This document shows, piece after piece, positions 54,057-64,000 of a stretch of DNA of 64,000 bases. Under the pieces are notes generated by a model, which saw nothing but the letters and a program-made list of their open reading frames with translations, ran no database searches and was not told the DNA's origin. Each line of letters begins with the position of its first letter. The stretch's first letter is position 1. Made by a program: the position numbers and the translations under genes. Origin of the DNA: Octopus vulgaris. Lineage: Eukaryota. The DNA is taken from positions 70,928,001 through 70,992,000 of the forward strand of contig OX597824.1 in assembly GCA_951406725.2 (NCBI GenBank), read 5' to 3'.

Positions 54057-54947
54057 TGAGGTTTGATCAATAAGTATTCGGACTGTTGACATAGTAATGA
54101 ACCTAAAGTACGCAAAGTTAAACTACTTGGCAAAATTGACCTTGAACTCTGCTGTGCATGCTCTCTAAGTTTTAACATTCTAGCTCATTTCCACTGTTTA
54201 CAGCAGTGCTTGGAAGGAAGGTGTGTAGCATGTGATTGTTGCATTGACCATGACTAACAAAGTTGTCATGGAGATACCTGCTCAGAGGCCTACACAAAGT
54301 TGCAGAAAGTGTATGGAGAGGAGTGTATGAGCCGCACACAAGTGTACGAGTGGTTCAGATGTTTTCAAGATGGCCAAAAAAATGTCGATATTGATAAACG
54401 TTCTGGGAGATCCACAACCAGCAGAACTGAGAAAAACATCACAGATGTGCATGCAGCTGTGACTGGAAATTGACAAATCACTATCCATGAGTTATCAGAT
54501 GTGCAGATTAGTTACGACTCAGTTCGGCCCATTATCACTGAAGATTTCGGTATGAGACAAATGTCTGCCAAGTTTGTGCTAAAACTGCTTTCAGCTGACC
54601 AAAATGACCCTCGATTTTCAGTTGCACAAGATCTCCTTGATTGTGATGAGCACGATGAAAATTTTTTGGAAACTTTGCATAGGCCTCTGATCAGGTATCA
54701 CCAACTTTTGGCAAAATTTGATATTGATTTCTCTGCTCAACTTTCTCTGTCATGGTCAATGCAATGATCACATGCTACACACCTTCCTTCCAAGCACTGC
54801 TGTAAACAGCGGATGTGAGTTAGAATGTTAAAACTTGGTGCACAAGCACAGTAGAGTTTAAGGTCAATCTGTGCTGAGCGGCTTCACTCTGTGTGCTTTA
54901 GCTTCGTTACTATAGCAACAGTCCGGATACTTATTGATCAGACCACA
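54057..54947 (+). mobile_element. Non-autonomous mariner derivative with ~190-bp long inverted ends
   Basis: TGAGGTTTGATCAATAAGTATTCGGACTGTTG.. / ..CAACAGTCCGGATACTTATTGATCAGACCACA; HTH remnant LQKVYGEECMSRTQVYEWFRCFQDG and SAKFVLKLLS. A partial left end of the same family lies at ~62716-63000. Confidence 0.85.
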
Positions 54948-55708
54948 TACATATGTATATATTTATGGTGTGTGTATGTGTCTTTGAGTTTGTGTTTGTC
55001 CCCTCACCATCGCTTGACAGCCAATGTTGGGGTGTTTAAATCCATGTAACTTAGCAGTTTGGCCTAAGACACTGATAGAATAAGTACTAGGCTAACAAAG
55101 AAGAAATTCTGGGGTTCATTTCTTCGACTAGAAAACCCTTCAAGGCGGTGCTGTCAATTGACTGAAACAAGTAAGAGAAGAAAATTATAGTCGCTGTTAT
55201 TAATTAGCTCCCAAGTCATCCCTGACCAAACAGGGCTATAAATAAAGGTGTTCTGATTATGACCTATCCTGTCTTTCTCACAAGCTTTGAGTATATGGGA
55301 CTACCATACACAATATGTCCCTGCATTACCAAACTAATGAAGTGTAATTTAAGGGAGATTTGGTTGTTATTTGTAGCAGGTCTACTGACCACATAGAGAC
55401 TCTTTCATCAGTTTGTGAAAAACAGAGTAGCCGGTAGATGGCCAAGTTGATAAGGTAGTACTGTGGTGGTGGCCTGTTATTATATTGGACCACATAAACA
55501 AGGTCCATGGACCCTGAATGCTCATAGGTTCAGTCCCACATTCTACTATGAGTCCCACGAGGGTAGTGAGGTGGCAGAACCATTAGAGAGTTGTATAGAA
55601 TTCTTTCTGGTTCTCTGAACTCTGAGTTCAAATTCCACCAAAGTCAAGTTTACCTTTCATCCCTTTTGGAAGCCAATAAAATAAAGTGCTAGAGAAATCC
55701 TGAAATAG

Positions 55709-55772
<64 letters not shown>

Positions 55773-57947
55773 CTCTTGTATGACAACTGCAGAAGAGGTA
55801 CTCTGTAGAATGAAAATAACAATAGAAGATATGATATAGAAATAGAGTCAGAACATGTAGACATGTCCAATTGTACACTATATCTACCATATGTCAGTGA
55901 GCCCTGAGAAAGCCTCTATATGGTCACTCAAGAAATAGAAGTGAAATGTCATCCAAATCCTACTATCTTGAAAGTGAATCTATTATATAATGTAGTTTCA
56001 GATACACTGAGTATGAACAGGAAACACATGAAGTGATGGTCATGGTTGGAATTCCTTTGACCATAGAAGTGCCAGTCAGGACTGATCTTGAACTAAATAG
56101 CAAAATTTAATGTCATCATGGCAAAAGCAGGGGTTAAAATGATGATAATAATTACACTCTCTTTTTACTCTTTTTTACTCTTTTATTTGTTTCAGTCATT
56201 TGAGTGTGGCCATACTGGAGCACCACATTTAGTCAAGCAAATCGACCCCAGGACTTATTCTTTGTAAGCCGAGTACTTATTCTATCGGTCTCTTTTGCCG
56301 AACTGCTAAGTTACTGGGACGCAAAACACCAGCATCAGTTGTCAAGCGATGTTGGGGGGACAAACAAACATACACACACACACACATATATATATATACA
56401 TATATACGACGGGCTTCTTTCAGTTTCCATCTACCAAATCCACTCACAAAGCTTTAGCAGAAGACAGTTGCCCAAGGTGCCACGCAGTGGGACTGAACCT
56501 GGAACCATGTGGTTGGTAAGCAAGCTACTTACCACACAGCCATTCCTACACCTAAACCCTGGATAACAAAATTTTTTATATTTTTGCCTTTGGTCAGTAA
56601 GTGTTATTTCCTCTTTGCTTTTATCTAGAAATCAAAGAAAATTACTATTATTCCCTTCAAACTTTGCTTTTGTGCCCTGGACATCAATGATTCAAAACTA
56701 ACCTATTTTCCATTACATTTCAGACTGATTCAACACTGAGTTGCTCAAGCAGAAATATTGTTATAGCAAATATTCTGATCAATACAACAGACCTGCTAGT
56801 CAATTGCTTTATAGCAACCACTTGAGGGATTTTTGGGGGTTTGAATAAATATAACAAAAGCAAAGTTTGAAGTAAATATTAGCCATTTTTCATACTTAAG
56901 GGTAAGCAAATAGGAAAAAAACAATTGCTACCAAAGGACAAAAATTGTGTTACACAGTGTTATCATTACGATCATCATTATCATCATGATCTTTATTGTG
57001 ATCACAATCATAATGAGTATTTTGATGATGATGATGATGATGATGATGAATAAAGTAAAAGGGAAACTTGAGACTTAGGCGTAACATAAACATATTAGTT
57101 TCCTGCAATTGTTCCTCTTCAAATCAGGTGTGGTAAGTAAACAATTTAATTACGGGAAGACAAAATAGTTAACATGCCATAGCTCTTCGTCAAGTTGTGT
57201 CCTATAAACGTATTCGTTTTTTATAAACATCTTTCACGTCATCATGTCTATTTTTCATAACAAGATTATGCATAAACCCCCCATTGTTTGTTATTTCTCC
57301 TTGTAGTGTCCCCTCATGTGCCACATTTGTGGAGCAAATTGGCAGAATTGTCAGAGCAATGCCCTTTAGGTTCTGAGTTCAAATACCACTGAGGCCAAAT
57401 CTGCTTTACAGCCCACTGAGGTCAATGAAATAAAGTTTCAGTCAAGTATTCAAGTTGATGGCATCAACTAATCCCCTTCCCAAAAATTGTTGTCCTTTTT
57501 TCTAAATTAGAAACAATTATCGTTATTATGTTATGTAGTAAGCTGACAAGCTGGCAGAATCATTAGCACACCGGGTGAAATGCTTGGCACCATTTCATCT
57601 GTTTTTGTGTTCTGAGTTCAAATTCTGTCAAGGCTGACTTTACCTTTCATCCTTTGGGGTTTGATAAAATAAGTACCAGTTGAGCACTAAGGTCAATCTA
57701 ATCAACTGAGCCCCTCCCACGAAATTGCAGGCCTTGTGCCAAAATTTGAAACCATTATTATGTTATGTAGTTTTATGAAATTGGTATTATGACCATTTCA
57801 GTTATGCTTCCTATTGAACCACAGTTCATAGTCTAAGATGAGGAGTATTCTATGTTCTTTGTCTATCTCCTTAACTTCTTAGAGATTTTAGGTATAATCA
57901 TACTAATGTGTCCATCTGTTCTAATTTAATTAAATTCTATGTCTTTG

Positions 57948-58034
57948 TGCAGCTGAAGATTGCTCTACAGTTTAAATTGATGTAATGATTGCATTGTTCA
58001 ATTAAATGGAATTGCATGAAATGATTGTACTGTA
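57948..58034 (+). ncRNA. Type I hammerhead ribozyme motif, older copy with intact core
   Basis: TGCAG-CTGAAGA-TTGC...TTTAAATTGA...TCAATTAAA...GCAT-GAAA-TGATTG-TA^CTGTA. Stem I is 5 bp; stem III has decayed to G.U pairs. Confidence 0.62.
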
Positions 58035-59279
58035 TTACCTCTGTATATCCTTGTTGCTTATTTTGATTATATATATATATATAAACTCTACTTCATTCTA
58101 AAAAGTTTATATAGGAGAATGATGGATATCCTTTGGAATATGTCTGATACTGTCCTTATATAAATGCCAGACAGAAGAAAATGCAATCAACCCAAGCAAA
58201 AATTTAAATCAGAACATAGAACAAAGAACAAAGCTAATGCTGTAACGCATTTTAATCTGGCATTCTACCTTGTCAGTCGCTCTAACACCTTATTAATTGA
58301 TTAGTCATTTTATAAACCAAGTGTGGCAAGTATTTTCATGTATGTATCATTTGTAAATATATGAGGTGTGGTCTTTAGGCATAGTATTTAAACTATTCTC
58401 TGCTTTAGGCGTGGCTGTATGGTAAGAAGCTTACTTCCCAACCACATGGTTCCAGATTCAGTCACACTGCATGGCACCTTGAGCAATGGTCTTCCACTAA
58501 AACTTTGGGCTGACCAAAGCTTTATAAGTGGATTTGGTAGACAGAAACTGAAAGAAGCTGCGAGCTGGCAGAAACATTTGCACGCTAGTCGAAACGCTTA
58601 GCAGTATTTTGTCTGTCTTTACGTTCTGAGTTCAAATTCCACCGTGGTCGACTTTCCTTTCCATCCTTTCGGGGTCGATAAATTAAGTACCAGTTACACA
58701 CTGGGGTCGATGTAATCGACTTAATCCCTTTGTCTGTCCTTGTTTGTCCCCTCTATGTTTAGCCCCTTGTGGGCAATAAAGGAATATGAAACTGAAAGAA
58801 GCTTGTCATATATAAATGTGTGTGTGTGTGTTTCTCCCTCACCACCACATGTTGACCAGGGTTGGTGTGTTTACAACCCAGTAACTTAGTAGTTTGACAA
58901 AAGTGACCCAATAAAATAAGTTGAAGGCTTTAAAAAAATATAAGTACTGGGGTCAAGGTGGTGCCCCAGCATGCCTGCAATCTAATAACTGAAACAAGTA
59001 AAAGATACAACCACTGGGCCATTGTGCCTCCACGTCTTACACAATACCTAATATAAAATAATGATATAAAATAGCAGCCAAATATCCCTCAAATCACAAT
59101 TCCACCATCATCATGTAGTAATGCATTAGATAATGCAGTACTACGCATCCACAAAATGATGAAATGGTCTTGGTTGGAATTCCTTTAAGCGTAAGTCTTC
59201 TCAGTCAGAGTTAACCTGGGGTTAAGCAACAACAGCCCTAGATGCACACACACACACACACACACACGTACACACACGT

Positions 59280-59312
<33 letters not shown>

Positions 59313-59812
59313 TGCATGCACACTCAAAGACATGGGAATTGATTTGGTTTCAGCTTCAGCATGCTTGTCTTCAAAGTGCTAATTAGAGACAGTGGTTTCT
59401 GCAAAAATGCTTTCTCACCCTGAAAGGTCAACTATTGTTGTTTTTGTTTTGTTTTGTTTTGTTTTGCTTTGTTTTTTTGAGGGTGGAGGAGGGGGTTAAT
59501 TTGTATGTATTTATTTTTCTTTTAAAAAAACAATTTAAATAACACACCTTGATATGAAAGCAACATGATGTTGACAACACAACACAATAAACATGGTATG
59601 ACAACCAGTCTTCACCATTGTAACTATCTACTGTTCGAAAAGTAATGTGCATGCATGGCAGGCAGACACACACACACACTCACAACACACACACACACAC
59701 TCACAACACACACACACACATATATCTATACATACTTACATACATACATGCATACTTACATATATATATATATATATACATACAAATATATGTACGTACA
59801 TACATATATACA

Positions 59813-59855
<43 letters not shown>

Positions 59856-61774
59856 GTGTGTGTATGTGTGTGTGTATGTATGCATATATATGTATGTATA
59901 TATATATATGTATGTAAGCATGTATATATATATGTGTGTATGTGTGTGTGTGTATGTATGCATATATCATCATCATCATCATCATCGTTTAACGTCCGCT
60001 TTCCATGCTAGCATGTATGTATATATATATATATATATATATACGTATATATCTATGTGTGTGTGTGTCTCCGTGTCTGTGTTTGTTCCCCCACCACCGT
60101 TTCATAACCGGTGGTGATGTGATTGTGTCCCTGTAACTTAATGGTTCGACAAAAGAGACTAATAGAATAAGTACTGGTTTCAAAAAGTAACAAACCCTAG
60201 GGTTGATTTCTTCGACTAAAACCCTTCAAAACGGTGCTCCAGCATGGCCACAGTCAAAAGACTGAAGCAAGTAAGAGATAAAAGATAAATAGTTCTAGGC
60301 CAATCAGAGCTTTGTGAGTGGACAGAAACTGAAGACAAAAAGCTGGAAAAGGCGGTGAGCTGGCAGAATCGTTGGCATGCTGGGTGAAATGCTTAACGGT
60401 ATTTCGCCTGCCGCTACATTCTGAGTTCAAATTCCACCAAGGTCGACTTTGTCTTTCAACCTTTTGGGGTCGATTAAATAAGTACCAGTTACGCACTGGG
60501 GTCGATATAATAGACTTAATCCATTTGTCTGTACTTGTTTGTCCCTTCTGTGTTTAGACCCTTGTGGGTAGTAAAGAAATAGGTATTTCACCTGCCGCTA
60601 CGTTCTGAGTTCAAATTCCACCGAGGTTGACTTTGCCTTTCATCCTTTCGGGGTCAATTAAATAAGTACCATTTAAATACTGAGGTCGATGTAATCGACT
60701 TAATCCATTTGTCTGTCCTTGTTTGTCCCCTCTGTGTTTATCCCCTTATGGGTAGTAAAGAAATAGGTATTTCGCCTGCCGCTACGTTCTGAGTTCAAAT
60801 TCCACCAAGGTCGACTTTGCCTTTCATCCTTTTCAGGGTCAATTAAATAAGTACCAGTTATGCACTGGGGTCGATATAATCAACTTCATCAGTTTGTCTG
60901 TCCTTGTTTGTCCCCTCTATGTTTAGCCCCTTGTGAGCAATAAAGAAATAAGAAACTGAAGTTCATCATAGATATTACATATGTCACTGGGGTATTATTC
61001 TACAGCCAAATGCCCTTCCTGTTGCTAACCCTTACCTATTTTTCAAGTAAGTTATCTTATTCTTCACAAATGCACAAGCACATATCAAGAGGATACTTTG
61101 TGGACAGAAGTGACAATAAGAAACCACTCAAAGAGGAGTTGCTGTATGTTTGTTTACATTTACCATCAATGAAAGTCACTCATTATCAAACAAGTGATTC
61201 TGAAAGTTTACACCATAACTTCTATTAACAAACCATCTTCTTGCTTTGCATGTTTGAAAACGTGGGAAATAAGAGCCCTCTGAAAAATGGGTAAAAATTA
61301 GCAACAGGAAGTACATCCAGTTGTAAGATAATGCCTTAATAATATATTCAAATAATTGTTTTGAGTTCAAATCCTACTAAGGGCAACATAGCCTTTCATT
61401 TTTATCAATGTTAATAAAAAAAGTATGTAGTAGTGGATGGGCAGAACTGTCAGAGAATTTGGCAGAATGCTGCTGTGTCTGTTCCAGTTCTTTGCATTCT
61501 GACAGCAGCATTTGTGATGACACTGGTACCAAGCTGTATCAGCCCAAAATTAGTAGTGTTTTCCTTGGATAAATGTCAATGGTATGGAGAAGAGGGATTT
61601 CCATGCAGGAGTGGCTGTGTGGTAAGTAGCTTGCTTACCAACCACATGGTTCCGGGTTCATTCCCACAGTGTGACACCTTGGGCAAGTGCCTTCTACTAT
61701 AGCCTTGGGCCGACCAAAGCCTTGTGAGTGGATTTGGTAGATGGAAACTGAAGGAAGCCCATCGTATATATGTA

Positions 61775-61823
<49 letters not shown>

Positions 61824-63546
61824 CTGTGTGTCTGTGTTTGTCCCCCCCACCATCGCTTGACAACCAATGGTGGTGTGTTTACCACCCCGTAACTTAGCAG
61901 TTCAGCAAAAGATACCGATAGAATAAGAACTAGGCTTACAAAGAAATAAGTCCTGGGGTCGATTTGCTCAACTAAAGGCGGTGCTCTAGCATGGCCACAG
62001 TCAAACAACTGAAACAAGTAAAAGAGTAAAAGAGTAAAAGAGAGTAAAGGGAGTATGGGCAGCTACCAATCTTTCTGAAAAATCTTGCCCAGGGGAACCT
62101 CAGTTGAGAAACGCTGCCCTAACTACTGAGCCAAATGCCTCCGCTGGAGCTGAATTTACACAAAAAGTATTTCATAACAGAAAATTTACGTCTAGAAATG
62201 GAGTCAATTTATTGCTGGGAGTTTTACTTGTGTTGTTCAGAATGTTTAGTTTTAGTAGAAAGTTATTTTCTAGGTTTTCTTTCAATTTCTATGACAATAC
62301 ACATAAACACATACACACACACAGTATAGATATTGATATTATGATACATTTGTTAAGGTAGATGATTAAGTATGTAGGTAGGAAAAGAAGGAAGGTATGT
62401 CAGGTAGGTATGTCAGGTAAATAAATAAATAGATAGATATCAATTGTGATGGATTCCATACCATAATCTACTCTGTTTAGTTAGTCAAGCATGATGCTTA
62501 GTAGAAACTGATAAATTTTTTGGGTGATTATGCGATAATGTATATGTTTACACTAACACACAAAGAATGAATGGGGGTGGAGATGAATGTGGACGTGAGT
62601 GTGTGTGTGTCTGTGTGTACTGTGGGTGTGTGGTGGTGGTGTGTGTGTTTGGGTATGTGTGTGTGTGTGCTGTGGGTGTGTGGTGGTGGTGGTGGTGTGT
62701 GTTTGGGTATGTGTGTGTGGTCTGATCAATAAGTATCTGGACAGAAAGCCATAGTAACGAAGCTAAAGTACGCAGAATGAAGCCACTTGGCACAAATTAA
62801 CCTTAAACTCTGTTGTGCATGCACACTAAGTTTTAATGTTCAAGCTCACTTCCGCTGTTTACAGCAGTGCATGGATGGAAGGTGTGTAGCATGTGATCAT
62901 AGCATTGACCAAGACAGAGAAAGTTGAGCAGAGAATCAGCATCAAATTTTGTCAAAAGCTTGGCGATACTTGCTCAGAGGCCCATGCAAAGTTTTCAAAA
63001 AGATTTCATAGTTCTCACACAATCAAAGAGATCTTGTGCAAACCATCCAATCCAATCTAATCCATACCAGCATGGAAAACAGATGTTAAATGATGGTGAT
63101 GATGATGACAGTGACAATGATGAAGATGATGATGATGGTGATGATTGAAATGGCAAAACTGAGCAAAAAGAGGGAAACAAAAAAAGGTAAAAATAAAAAA
63201 AGTGTATGTTAAAAATAACTTTCTTGAGAAAACAATAAAGTTATTATTATAGAATTTTATAGCTTTGAAAATGGCAGAGATTGATATTTCTGAATGTGCT
63301 GACCTTTTACTGACCATTTATTTAAAATTATGATGAATAAACAACTTCACAGATGAAAGATTGTCTTTCTCCTTTCCATTAATAGCGCCATCACTTGTCT
63401 TGAAACATTAATAAATTAATAGTAATTACCCATACATGCTTATACTTGAATTTCAATTGTGTGTCATGCAAAAAAGAAAAAAAATCATTCGAGTTTCTAT
63501 TCTCTTGTTTTAAAAATACAAAACATGTTCATTTGCTCCCATTTAT

Positions 63547-63780
63547 ATATTTCTTTATTTCCCACAAGGGCTAAACATAGAGGGGACAAGCAAAGACAGA
63601 CAAAGGGATTAAGTCGATTACATTGACCCCAGAGCATAACTGGTACTTTATTTATCGACCCCGAAAGGATGAAAGGCAAAGTCGACCCCGGCGGAATTTG
63701 AACTCAGAACGTAACGGCAGACGAAATACGGCTACGCATTTCGCCTGGCGTGCTAACGATTCTGCCAGCTTGCTGCCTTA
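63547..63780 (-). mobile_element. tRNA-derived SINE family B (representative)
   Basis: GGCAGCAAGCTGGCAGAATCGTTAGCACG..GAGTTCAAATTCC..GCCTTTCATCCTTTCGGGGTCGATAAA (Meta-SINE-like central motif). Many other copies, e.g. 14810-15490 cluster, 35700-35882, 37783-38018, 44100-44285, 49277-49515, 58557-58787, 60351-60951. Confidence 0.88.
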
Positions 63781-64000
63781 TTTGCTCCCATTTATATTGA
63801 ACACATGTTCTCATGAAGATTATACCAACCCCAACTCCTCCATAACTTTCCACATGGTTGCGAATTACCTTGCAGTATTTGTCCTGACACCCCATGATCT
63901 AAGTTCAAATCTCACCAAAGTCAACTTTCTCTTTCATTTTATTTTTGTGATTGATGAACAAGTACCAACCTACGTTAACGGATTGGCAGAACTGTGAGAA

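Overview
AT-rich animal genomic DNA saturated with microsatellites, tRNA-derived SINEs and decayed transposons. The repeat repertoire looks like an octopus/coleoid cephalopod genome (inference). One protein-coding gene could be assembled by hand on the minus strand: 7 phase-consistent GT-AG exons from 46482 down to 32676, giving about 277 aa, with the 5' exon(s) not found in the window. It fuses a 3-hydroxyacyl-CoA-dehydrogenase-type NAD-binding (Rossmann) domain to a C-terminal IAP/Neuralized-type RING finger. The catalytic His and Ser of the dehydrogenase are replaced and its dimerisation domain is absent, so this is a candidate metabolite-sensing E3 ligase. The window also holds a decayed Penelope-like retroelement RT (~400-1950) and a set of type I hammerhead ribozyme motifs. 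Five have an intact core, several have unusually long stem II, and several sit inside long fold-back (inverted repeat) elements. Other content: mariner, hAT and Tc1 relics and MITEs, a Dong/R4-like LINE end in (TAA)n, an RTE fragment, and 66-bp and 134-bp tandem arrays. Most ORFs in the supplied track are microsatellite or SINE artefacts. All alignments and RNA folds were done by eye.
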